The notes beneath the pieces are model-generated. The model searched no databases. It saw nothing but the letters and a program-made list of their open reading frames with translations, and was not told the DNA's origin. A program made the position numbers and the translations under genes. Of a stretch of 64,000 nt of DNA, positions 10,890-21,163 are shown one piece after another. Position 1 is the stretch's first letter. Each line of letters begins with the position of its first letter. This DNA comes from Tetramitus jugosus (lineage: Eukaryota; Protista; Heterolobosea): contig OW569389.1 of assembly GCA_937625935.1 (NCBI GenBank), forward strand, positions 310,001-374,000. The letters are read 5' to 3'.

Positions 10890-12163
10890 GAAAAAAACGG
10901 AATCACATGTCTGGGATTCAACAAATTTGGTGAAGGAAGACGGCAACAGCCGTTATGCAGTGTGGACCACTGCACGGAAAGGCTCTAGGCCAAGTGACAG
11001 AGAGGTCGTCATTACTGGCAACGGTAATGGTGTCTCTCAGTCATCTTTGGCAAGAAAGATAGGAGAGGAGTTTGGTGACTGGCTCAACCGAGTCCAGGTC
11101 ATCAAGAGGAAAGACCAGCAACGCTTTGTTGCATGGGTGACGGTCAAGGGTGACCGCATCTATGAGTTTGTTGAGTTCTTCAACAAACAGAGGAGGATTG
11201 GTAACAGCACTGCTGCACCCAAATGCAGTGTCGATTGCACAAGAAAGGTGGTCGTCCATGGCATGAAGAACATGTCAGTGGACGACATCAAGAAGCTACT
11301 GGGACCTGAGAAGGTTGCCAGTGTGCTCAAGAAGCGTGACACTGCTTTCGTGGTCATGGGTGATGAAACCTATGCACGGGCAGTGCTCAGTGGAGAGAAC
11401 AAGGTAAAGGCCACGGTCACTCGATACGTCGAGAGACCACAATCCTCTTAAGGCTGTCAACAAAAGATTGACAAAGATGTACGAGGAGCTGCTGATGGTG
11501 GTTGACGGACTGCGTCGACAGGTCACAGAACTCACCAAGGAATTGGGAAAGACAAAGGGTCAAGGGGGCAACAAACCGGTTCCAATACCGGAACAAGAAG
11601 TCGCCCAAACACTGCTACTGAGATAGTGGAGCCACAAGAACAGAGGACTGTAGCAACATCACTGCCATCAGTGCCTGTTGTGCAGCTCAGTGCTGAGAAC
11701 CGGCAAATTCTGGAGCAAGTGAATGCTTCTCCAGTGTTCGCCAGAGTGAAAAAGGAAATTGCTGCATTGGCGCTGGCTGCTGCACGCAAAAGGTATGGTT
11801 TGACTGAGGACGAACCAGTCATTGTGGATGTGGATGATGACTCTGAAAAGGAGATTCAGAGTCCACAACTCAATGACAACAAGAAGAGGAGTGCTAGGAT
11901 CACACTGGGAGATCTGATGAGCAACAAGGCCCAAAACAAGAAAAAAACAACAGATGGCTCTGTGTCCATCGACGGTCCTACTACAAGGTTACGCTCTTTG
12001 ATGAAGGGCATCAACCAAAACACTCACCAGAGTGATTCTTCCAACCTGTAGGTGCACCGTCGGGGAAAACAAGAGAAGAAGAGTGAATGACGCCTACGGA
12101 TCGTCACTCACAAAACAAGCACACGATTGCTGCGCAAGCACACGGTTGTAGGGAAAAAAAAAA
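10890..12163 (+). mobile_element. Non-LTR retroelement copy 3: ORF1-only non-autonomous element
   Basis: Frameshifted ORF1 (about 10907-12051) homologous to copy 1 ORF1 (YAVWT, EVVI.G, F.AWV.VK.D..YEF.E.FN..RRI.N, TAFV.M). No ORF2. 3' hairpin and A-tail at 12154-12163. Confidence 0.82.
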
Positions 12164-12167
12164 GATA

Positions 12168-12179
12168 AGGTTCGTAACC
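12168..12179 (+). repeat. 12-bp direct repeat AGGTTCGTAACC, right copy
   Basis: Identical to 10877-10888. Confidence 0.75.
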
Positions 12180-12180
12180 G

Positions 12181-12429
12181 GAAAGAAAAAAGCGCCAGAA
12201 CAAAATTGGTGGAACACGGCAACAGGCGTTGCACGGAAAGGCTCTGTGCCAAGTGACAGAGAGGTCGTCATTACTGGCAACGGTAATAGTGTCTCTCTGT
12301 CATCTTCGGCAGTGTTGATGGCACAAGAAAGGTGGTCATCCACGGCATGAAGACCGACTAACAAGACCCTTTGATGAAGGGCGTCACCAACCTGTAGGTG
12401 CGCCGTCGGGGACAACAAGAGAAGAAGAG
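12181..12429 (+). mobile_element. Copy 4: about 250-bp multiply deleted relative of copy 3
   Basis: Ordered blocks match copy 3 at about 10921-10950, 10970-11047, 11225-11269 and 11978-12083. It lacks the 3' hairpin and A-tail. Confidence 0.8.
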
Positions 12430-12485
12430 GGTAACAGCGCAACCATTGACTGCTTGTTTCTTTTGAGGCCAAACTGAATAATGAA

Positions 12486-15400
12486 TTAATTCATAAAGTG
12501 TTTAATTTCAGGATCGTTTCTCAGTTGAGCGGGAAGTACATATCTGATTGAAGATCCAGCACTTTTGACTGCTGCCAGTGCCACTTGTTTGTCAGTCTTC
12601 AACGATCCATCCATAGCTGATCTGAATGCTCTTTCAGCAACTGCTGGATGCCCTTGACAATTTTGAAGGAACCTCACGATAAATTCCTTCTTGGAACACA
12701 GCTCCTTTGGGAATTCAAAGGATGATAGATAGGTTCCTATGACAGATAGGCCTGGAATTGCTCCAATCCATAATTCTTCATCAATTTTAAGTGGTGATGG
12801 CAAATGGTCAAGTATGTATCCTGAATTAGACTGACAAGAACATATCAGCTCAAGCATAAATGACTTTTCGGATGGAAGAGGAGCCAACATGTGTTCTGCG
12901 GCTTTACCATCCTTTGAAACTGCCAGTTTGATCAACTCTTTGTTTCCTCTGAATGGAACAGCTGCATATTTGAGACTCAGAGGATTGGACTCAATGGCCA
13001 TTCGAACAATTTCTTCATTGTTCTTGAATAACAAATCAGCATGCTCCAATGCATCCCCATTATGCATCACAGCAGCAACAACGACATCTCTATCTGATTT
13101 GAACATGTGAGCAATTGATTTAAATGAGCCACCTTTTTCAACAAATTTGATGGCCAATTGTTTGCTGATTTGACCGTTAATCTTCTCCACACTGATCTTT
13201 TTCTTGGAAGCAATAAACAAGAGTACATCTTCATCAACTCGCAGACGACTTGATGCATGTTCATATATGGTTGCCTTTTCCGTCTTCTCCAACAGTTGCA
13301 TAATGAACTGCTTGTCATCTCTTAATCGATCAGAGATGTACTTAATATTGTTGACGACACTCTGGATACACTTGTGCATCAGCTCTTTGTCATCGGTGTA
13401 TTGTGAATCCAAGTGACTGGCAAGCGTATAGGAGCAGTACCGATCATTCTCCATGAGTGAAACAGCGCGTTCGACAAACTGTCTATTACTTTTGATATTA
13501 GCTGGGAAAAGATGAAAGTTTTCAAAGTTAGTATCCAGCAACTGTTCATATGTTTGATTGTTCACATTACCACTCTGAGAGAGCAGCTGGAGCACTTTTG
13601 GAAGAAAATAGCCTCGATCTTTGAGAGCAGTAACAAGAAATTGGACATCCTCAATCAATTCCATGGAAATGAAATCGAACAATGGGCTCCACTTCTTTTC
13701 AAAGTCCTTCATATTCCATGAATGCACTTTGGTGGGCGCATGTTGGATGATGGTTTTCATAAAACTACTGTCATTCTTCAACGAGTCTGATATGAATTGA
13801 AGACAATAGATGTCCTGAGTAACAGCAACCCAACGCGTAAACAATTCAGCATCACCACGCAAGGAATCATCGACATATTGGATGACTCGATTATTACTTT
13901 CTGCAAATGAATAGAATAGATCCTTGTCTGAACGAATGGCAGAATTGGCATAGGGGAAAAGGTTGGCATTCCCAGCACTGATCTTCTCTTTGATAACACG
14001 CTGGATCTGCTCGTCATGTAAGAATAAATGATCGGATTGTGATAAATATGCCAGTGTATCTGGATTTACATCAACTACTCGACGGAGGAACTCCAAACTA
14101 CGCTTCAACCTGTCTGAGGCTCTTCCAAGGAGAGAAGGCTCGTTTTTCGCTGCCTCCAATATAAATTCCTCATCATCGTTGAATGAATCCACTAGATTAC
14201 GACGTGAGAATAATGAACGTTCTTTGCCCATGATGATGAGTGCGAGCTCTCGATCTAAATTAAGACTGTTTGCACTGTCCCTGCTTCCAAACACTTTGCC
14301 AACAACATTGGTTACATTGCTTATTGTGTCTCCAGTACATTGTTTGGCAGCAGCAAGCAGAAAATCTTTCGTCAGAACGCTTGTCGGTACTTCTTGGATG
14401 AGCTTCATGTCGCTTTGGAGAGCTCGTAACCAAATATCCTGATCTTCTTTAATTGCATCTGGGGCATATCGAATAAGTTTTGGCTTACCTTGTACTAATT
14501 CCTTAACTCTGCTCAGGATCTGATCATCAGATTGGTACAATGCAGGTTTGAACTCTTTGAGCATGATCTTTGGATTGATGTCAAAAACAGCTCTGAGCAC
14601 CTGAACATCATTCTTAATTGCATCAGAAACATGCTCAATAATAGAAGTGTCTTGGTTGATCAGTTGCAACACCAAATCTTTGTCACTCTTGTATTCTCGG
14701 GGAGCATCTTCAAACTTGTAAGGGAATTCAAGTAGCAACTGTTTTCCTTTGTTGTACTGAATCTCCGAACTAACATCAATTAAGCTGATGTCAAAGTCCT
14801 CATCCAGAGGAACATCTCTTTCATTCATCTTTTTGAACTCTGCGAACCTACGATTAATTTCGTCTTTCATCTGTTTTGAAAAGTCATCATTTTCATGTTG
14901 TGTGGTAATCTGTTCAAACAGAAGATTCCACAACCCCTCAACATTCAACGATTGCAGCCCCAGATGCTTGTGAATTATATTCATATCTGAAATAAAATAA
15001 GTGGGTACCAGATTGTCTTCATCTCTGTCTGTTTGTTCGTACAATGTCATCTCGTCGATCGATTTCTTGATATGACCCCTCTCTTCATCTTCCTCATCTT
15101 CTTCATCGTCCATTTCTTCATCATCTACTTCCTTTCTCTCTCTCGGGCTTTCTCCGTCAGATTCCAATAATTGTACGAGGCAGTGAGCATTCTGGTAAGT
15201 TATATCATCTATACAATGATCATCCACTGAACCTTGAACATGAAAGTACAGCTCAACAACGACTGAACGTCCAGAAGGGCCCAATAATGAAAATTTTTGA
15301 CAATCAACCACAGATAGTTGACCATTCTCGTCTTCATGTTCACTTTTGGAAGAAATGTTTAATTTCAACCAATTGAGGAACAAATGTTCCATCCTTTGAG

Positions 15401-16268
15401 GTAGATGAAGATTGTTTGAATCGTCATCTTCATTAGCTACTGGGTCTTCATCTTCTGATTCATCATCTTCTGAATCGTAATGTTGTTTCTTTTTGGGCTT
15501 GCTGACTCTCACATTGCGAGCACCATTCTCGCTATCCAGTTGCATTCTACTTGTTGCACGTGCCATCATCCCCTCCTCCTTCATTTGTTCTTGCAACTTT
15601 ACAAACTTTTTCATGAACTGAACATGATTCTTCTTGTATTGCTCAAACTCCTCCAATTTCTTGTTGGCAGATTTAGTATAGTAATAAATGGCATCCAAAG
15701 TGTGTTGAATCATCTTTGGCGCCTTCTCCACTGTTACTTCCGTTTCTTCACCATCATCATCATCAACATCTACATCAATCAAACTTTTAATGTGTCGACA
15801 AATGTCCTGATACAGCATCGGAGATATCAACATGGCATGCTTTTGGAAAAAGTGTTGCCAACTTTTCACACTGGATTGAAAAGAAGGTTGCACAATAGAC
15901 AACACTGGCCACTCACTGAAACAAATTTGTTTCCACAACAATGGCTCTCCATATTGAGATGATACTTGTTGCCATGTACGACACACACGAGGTACAATAA
16001 AGGATAGATACTGAGCAGGGCAATACTCAAAAACGTGCACGAGACAGTCAATTGGGAAAACTTGCTTGGAATCCAGTAGTAGTCCTTGTTCAGAATTGTG
16101 AGTTTCTTCTACTTTTGCTTGTTGTGAAGATTTGGGGATTTTTGAGACTGGCTCATCATCACCATCATTCACCAAAGTGTCAACTGAAGCTTCTTTACGT
16201 CCTCTCTTCATGGGGCTTGCTGTTTGTTTGTTGTTTTGATTGGCGAGGAAAAATGAAGACATTGACAT
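12486..16268 (-). CDS. F-box and DUF4116-repeat protein
   Basis: F-box (FPIDCLVHVFEYC..VPRVCRTW) and many D(R/K)xVVxxAVxxxGxAL(E/K)yAsxxL(R/K) repeats typical of DUF4116. Confidence 0.85.
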   Translation of the reverse strand: MSMSSFFLANQNNKQTASPMKRGRKEASVDTLVNDGDDEPVSKIPKSSQQAKVEETHNSEQGLLLDSKQVFPIDCLVHVFEYCPAQYLSFIVPRVCRTWQQVSSQYGEPLLWKQICFSEWPVLSIVQPSFQSSVKSWQHFFQKHAMLISPMLYQDICRHIKSLIDVDVDDDDGEETEVTVEKAPKMIQHTLDAIYYYTKSANKKLEEFEQYKKNHVQFMKKFVKLQEQMKEEGMMARATSRMQLDSENGARNVRVSKPKKKQHYDSEDDESEDEDPVANEDDDSNNLHLPQRMEHLFLNWLKLNISSKSEHEDENGQLSVVDCQKFSLLGPSGRSVVVELYFHVQGSVDDHCIDDITYQNAHCLVQLLESDGESPRERKEVDDEEMDDEEDEEDEERGHIKKSIDEMTLYEQTDRDEDNLVPTYFISDMNIIHKHLGLQSLNVEGLWNLLFEQITTQHENDDFSKQMKDEINRRFAEFKKMNERDVPLDEDFDISLIDVSSEIQYNKGKQLLLEFPYKFEDAPREYKSDKDLVLQLINQDTSIIEHVSDAIKNDVQVLRAVFDINPKIMLKEFKPALYQSDDQILSRVKELVQGKPKLIRYAPDAIKEDQDIWLRALQSDMKLIQEVPTSVLTKDFLLAAAKQCTGDTISNVTNVVGKVFGSRDSANSLNLDRELALIIMGKERSLFSRRNLVDSFNDDEEFILEAAKNEPSLLGRASDRLKRSLEFLRRVVDVNPDTLAYLSQSDHLFLHDEQIQRVIKEKISAGNANLFPYANSAIRSDKDLFYSFAESNNRVIQYVDDSLRGDAELFTRWVAVTQDIYCLQFISDSLKNDSSFMKTIIQHAPTKVHSWNMKDFEKKWSPLFDFISMELIEDVQFLVTALKDRGYFLPKVLQLLSQSGNVNNQTYEQLLDTNFENFHLFPANIKSNRQFVERAVSLMENDRYCSYTLASHLDSQYTDDKELMHKCIQSVVNNIKYISDRLRDDKQFIMQLLEKTEKATIYEHASSRLRVDEDVLLFIASKKKISVEKINGQISKQLAIKFVEKGGSFKSIAHMFKSDRDVVVAAVMHNGDALEHADLLFKNNEEIVRMAIESNPLSLKYAAVPFRGNKELIKLAVSKDGKAAEHMLAPLPSEKSFMLELICSCQSNSGYILDHLPSPLKIDEELWIGAIPGLSVIGTYLSSFEFPKELCSKKEFIVRFLQNCQGHPAVAERAFRSAMDGSLKTDKQVALAAVKSAGSSIRYVLPAQLRNDPEIKHFMN

Positions 16269-16828
16269 GGTTCGTAGTTCCTTGAAAAAGTCGTAGTTTT
16301 CTTGTCACCACAAACACAACAAACAAACAGCAAGCCCCATGAAGAGATGATCTCTGTCTACAGTTGGACGAAGCGAGAATCCACAAAAGAGTAGACATCT
16401 CATGCATCAACTATGAAGCGATTTTGGATTTGGTTGTGACTGGCATCTGTCGTGCAACCTTTGTTTCCATTGGATAGTGCTGTGGAATTGTGAATGCCGA
16501 GGCAAGGACCAGCGGTATCATGGATACAACGAACCTTTCATGTTTGACTTGTATCTATGCATGAACATCGGATTGTAACAAAAAATGGCATGCTGATGTT
16601 GATGTTTGTCACAGTTGGCCAAGAGCAAACATAAATAACACATCGCATCTGTGGATCCGATCGAAATAGTGATGTCTCGCAATTATAAAAAGAGAGTGAG
16701 ATGAGAGCAATTCCAGTCTCCTCAAACAACCACAACAAGGTGACAATAACCTAATCCCAAACCAAAACCAAAACAACAAACCACTACTTGTAGTACCACG
16801 CTTCTTACGCTTACACCCTAACAACCAA

Positions 16829-17176
16829 ATGTCCGATCTCTCTAAACAATTCGTCCACAAGCATCTTTACAGTGCTCGCATTGAGAACCATACCAAGAGA
16901 CCAATTACTGTCGAAGGAACCTATTGCACATCGGAACTCGGAGATAGGCACCTTGAAGAGAAGCTGCTGATTCCATTGAAGGCAGGTGATGCAAAGACAT
17001 TTGCAGCAAAGCACGCTCAAGACACCAAGATGCATCTCGTTCAATTCTTTGTCACTGATGGAGAGAATGCAGACAAGACTGTTTATGGTCCATTTGTCAA
17101 CATGGACAGAGACAGAGAAACATTTGTGATTGAGGATAAGGGAGATGACTTGGACTTCCACTTGAAGAATTTGTAA
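16829..17176 (+). CDS. Hypothetical small protein (115 aa)
   Basis: ATG in A-rich context, host-like codon usage, AATAAA downstream. Confidence 0.6.
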   Translation: MSDLSKQFVHKHLYSARIENHTKRPITVEGTYCTSELGDRHLEEKLLIPLKAGDAKTFAAKHAQDTKMHLVQFFVTDGENADKTVYGPFVNMDRDRETFVIEDKGDDLDFHLKNL

Positions 17177-17355
17177 ACCACAAAATTCGTTGTATTTCAA
17201 TACATTTTGTTCCATGAGCAAATAAACCAATTGTACCATAACTCTTTGTTCTCCAACATTCGCAACCACTTCAAAAAAAAAATTAGCTGACAAAAATCTC
17301 TCAGCAAGCAAAGATCTGAAAACAAACACAAAAACGTTGGGACTGACTTGGAAAA

Positions 17356-18324
17356 ATGTACAACGGTATTGGACTTCAAACACCAAGGGGCTCTGGAACA
17401 AACGGCCACATTTCTCGTAATTTATCTAATGTTGTTGCCTATTCGCGCCAACAGACAACAACGAAACCGAAGCCAACTGGTTCTGGACCAAAACATGTGG
17501 TGAACAAGGATATGTTGGAGCATGAGAAGAAGAGACGTATCGAATCACAATTGTACAATATGCAATGTGAGCTCGAGGACAAGGGCGAGCTCAATTCTGA
17601 ACAGATCACCGAAATCATTGAACAAGAGCGGAAAAAACTTTACAATGAAATTCTATCTCCGTTGGCGGGAATGACAGATCGGTCAGAGCTACAACCAACT
17701 GTGTCGCAACATGTTCAAGAACAAGAGAAGAAGGATGAAAAGCTCAGGAGAGCTTTTCGTATCAGGCCAAACTTTGATCCTGAGCAAGGTGCTTTTGCCT
17801 CTCAAGCAACAAGAGCTCTGAAAGCGCAAAGATCTGATAAAGAAGAACATGGAAAGAAGAAGAAGACGGACAAGAAGAAGAGAAGAAAGTATGAAAGTAG
17901 TAGTAGTAGCGAAAGTGATTCGAGCTCATCCTCTTCTTCGTCGTCATCATCCTCTGATGAAGAAGAATACGAAAGAAGGAAGAGAAGGCGGAAGAGTAAG
18001 AGAGACACTAGAAAAAGAAGAAGAAGAGATGATAGTAGCAGCAGTAGCAGCAGTAGTGACAGTGATAGTGACCATGATACTAGAAAAAGAAGAAGCAAGA
18101 AGGCCACGAGTGAAAGGCATTCTTCAAAACGAGTCAGCAGACATGCAAGTGAAGAAGGAGATGTGGCGAATGTGAGATCAGCTCCCCGCCTTGATATTAG
18201 CGAAGAAGTGACACAAACCAGACAACGACATGACAGTCCCGATAGTGACAGCGCTGATCAACACTCGAATGCGCGAAACGAGGCAAAGAATTCTGATGAG
18301 CAACCAGTAAGAAGCCACGAATAA
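17356..18324 (+). CDS. CWC21: Pre-mRNA splicing factor Cwc21/SRRM2-like
   Basis: Diagnostic N-terminus MYNGIGLQTPRGSGTNGH, cwf21 domain (LEHEKKRRIE), Ser/Arg/Lys-rich tail. Confidence 0.93.
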   Translation: MYNGIGLQTPRGSGTNGHISRNLSNVVAYSRQQTTTKPKPTGSGPKHVVNKDMLEHEKKRRIESQLYNMQCELEDKGELNSEQITEIIEQERKKLYNEILSPLAGMTDRSELQPTVSQHVQEQEKKDEKLRRAFRIRPNFDPEQGAFASQATRALKAQRSDKEEHGKKKKTDKKKRRKYESSSSSESDSSSSSSSSSSSSDEEEYERRKRRRKSKRDTRKRRRRDDSSSSSSSSDSDSDHDTRKRRSKKATSERHSSKRVSRHASEEGDVANVRSAPRLDISEEVTQTRQRHDSPDSDSADQHSNARNEAKNSDEQPVRSHE

Positions 18325-18365
18325 ACAAGTTGTTGATTATTTTCTTTTCTTCAATTTATTATTAT

Positions 18366-19697
18366 TTATAATGAAGAGACCAAACCATCCTGCTCTTCTA
18401 ATTCTCTCAAGACTTGAGAAGGCACACCCTTTGGATTCAAACCAGAAATCTTCATAGCCTCATTCTCCAATCTGTATTTGAGCAAAAATTCCTTCTTCTT
18501 TTGCATTTGTTCTGGCAAGTGACCTCTAGCTTCAATCTTCTTCTGTTTCAGTGTGTGCTTTGGATTGGTAATGTTGCGAGGAGGAACCCATTCCATCGTT
18601 CCATTATTCACCACTCCATTTCTCAAATTGTTCAAATAGAACTCCAATTGATTCCTCTTGTCATAATTGTGCATAAAGTCTTCGGCATCGGATTTTTCAA
18701 CACCTTCAGGTGCGAATTGAGTCAATGGATTAGAGAATTCTGGATTACCAGAGTGACTCAACAATCCCAAATGTCTTGCCTTCATAATCTCCTTGCGCAA
18801 CTTTTTTTGTGTCCTCAATCGGACACCAGTGTAGCGAGGACTCAAAATCTTTCCCTTGGCCAACGAACAAAACTTGAGCAATTGTCTTGGATTCTTCCAT
18901 GAGATTCTCTCAATGAGTTGTGGTTTGTATGCGAATGGATCAGGTGGTCTGTGCTTGAAAACAGGCAACTCCATTGCCATATTCTTAATCTTTTCCTTGT
19001 GAGAGTCACTAGTGTAATCTGTTTGACGACGTCTAGTCACTGGATCAAACGAAAACTCAACACCAGGCTTCTCATTCACCACAATTGGTGCAACATCAAA
19101 CAACCACTCACTCGTGTTGCTATTCACTGGCAATGCACGATGATTGATCATTTTTGGATTCACATTCTCAATAAATTCATACATGTTTCTCCATGTAGTG
19201 TTCTGAGTGTCATCCGATGCATCGTGCTCCTCTGAACTCATCATGTGAGTAAACTCGTACGATGCATCATTATTCAAATCATAACCACCTCTATAGAGAC
19301 CAGTCACCTTGTCATCCAATTGATGCAATGCATCATCCTTGGAGAATGATTTTCTAGGGGGAGAAAATTGACTCTTTTCAGTAGGTGTCACTACTGGTTT
19401 TCCAGTAGCAAGGTCCTTTTCATAGAAATGACGAGTAAATTTGGTAGCAAACTTGTTTGGCTTGGATTTGAAAAGTTTCTTTTCATCAATCACCTTGAAC
19501 ATTTCTTTGGCTCTTTCCTTTTCTCCGTCGTACTCTTCTTCCTTGTGCTTGAGTTGCTTCTTGGTGAGGCCAATAATGGGTTGACCACCTCTGTGTGTAC
19601 GCAACTGAGTTTGACCTCCCAACACAAAGGATGATTGTTTGACGTGATTGTGCAATCGCGAGAGTGCATGATTGCACACTTGATTTTTGAGCATCAT
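18366..19697 (-). CDS. Mitochondrial ribosomal protein bS18m (extended)
   Basis: S18 motif ISWKNPRQLLKF..GKILSPRYTG..QKKLRKEIMKARHLGLL and a transit-peptide-like N-terminus. Confidence 0.82.
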   Translation of the reverse strand: MMLKNQVCNHALSRLHNHVKQSSFVLGGQTQLRTHRGGQPIIGLTKKQLKHKEEEYDGEKERAKEMFKVIDEKKLFKSKPNKFATKFTRHFYEKDLATGKPVVTPTEKSQFSPPRKSFSKDDALHQLDDKVTGLYRGGYDLNNDASYEFTHMMSSEEHDASDDTQNTTWRNMYEFIENVNPKMINHRALPVNSNTSEWLFDVAPIVVNEKPGVEFSFDPVTRRRQTDYTSDSHKEKIKNMAMELPVFKHRPPDPFAYKPQLIERISWKNPRQLLKFCSLAKGKILSPRYTGVRLRTQKKLRKEIMKARHLGLLSHSGNPEFSNPLTQFAPEGVEKSDAEDFMHNYDKRNQLEFYLNNLRNGVVNNGTMEWVPPRNITNPKHTLKQKKIEARGHLPEQMQKKKEFLLKYRLENEAMKISGLNPKGVPSQVLRELEEQDGLVSSL

Positions 19698-19887
19698 TTT
19701 TTGTTGTTTTCACGTGTGTTGTGGGCGCTGATGATGCTCTGTTTTTGTGTGATTTTTTCTCGTGTCGGGTAAATGGTGGAAAAATGTTTTTTTGCGCCAA
19801 CATTTTCTCCGGTGGGTTTCTTTTTGTTACAAAGACTGTGAGGATGCTGTTGTTTTGTTGAATTGAATGGATGTGATGCTCTTTTCA

Positions 19888-21163
19888 TGTTCTTGCCAAA
19901 GGAGATTGAGAATACCTTTGTGTGTGAAAAAAGAACGTTTCTTGAAGAGTCATGGTATAAGGAGCTCTACGGACAGTTGTTTTCAGGCAGAGGTGTGAGG
20001 TCACTTCAAGATGAAATTAAAATTCGACATGTCCTTGATCTGTGGTCCTTAAACTCCTTAAGGAAACAGTTTTCCTTGACAAGTTGAAAATGTTCCATCG
20101 GTTGATCTGATTGTGTTCTCCGTAAACGATTGCCAACGGTTCAATCGGTTCAATCACTTTTTGATCAAATACCATGAGTTTGTATTTAGAACGACTTCAC
20201 AAACAAGAAGTCGCGCGACATCCAGATTCTCGTTCTTCCTTGTAGAACCACCAAAGTTGTTGTATTTACTCGTGTCGTTGAGTCAAAGTACTGTATTTGG
20301 TGGGATTCGAGCAAGGATTCTTCTTCTTGAACGACATCCTGGCCACAATCCATTATTGTTGCTCTAGAGGATATTACCAGGATGTCTATTTTGTGTTTAA
20401 AAGACAATCCTTTTTTTCTGAATTTGTCAACTGGGCAAATGATCGACCTAATACGATCTCTAAATTTGAAAACTGGAACGTGCCACACCCAGACACGGGG
20501 AGACAGAAACAGGAATTCCCAAGACCAGAACTTTTCCATGTCATTGCATTTTATGGACCTTCTGATTTTTGTTTCAGAACAACAAAGGAATTAAAAACCC
20601 TCAACGAAGAAGACAACCTTCACACTCAAATACAATCATCTCTCTCAAATAAAAGTCAGTAGGTGTTCTGGTTTGGCTGTCGCACTTGCACCACGATGGA
20701 TATTTCATTTACTAACCCTCTTACTGATTGTATTCTTGTTTTTCAATCATTCTAGGCCGATTTCACAACAAACAACTCTTGGTCAACCAAAGGAATGAAA
20801 CTAAGACGATCAGTAATAGTCACCACAAACACAGGACGACTTCTCATGGTCAAAGACTATTCATACTCGCCCTCTTGTTTAACAATGGTCGGGAGTGGCA
20901 ATCATAAGAATGTGCTTAGAACACCTGCTTCTCCATCTATGAAGAATCTATCGGTTCATAATTCAATACTTGTAGCACAAACAACTACAACATCCATGAC
21001 CACAACCACAACTACTACAACTTGTTCTCTGGGCAGTGGGTCTAATCGCGAGAGAAGAGGTTCCGAGATTCCTACACCTCAAACAGCCACCGGACCCAAT
21101 GATTCCCCTTCTGGCTTCTTTAGAAGTTCTCCAAAGAGTCCAGAGAGAATGAGAGACCTCTAA
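19888..21163 (+). pseudogene. Possible fragmented or spliced gene of unknown function
   Basis: Successive plus-strand ORFs in different frames, plus an intron-like segment (TACTAAC...TTCTAG ending at 20755) that does not restore a long frame. Confidence 0.3.
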
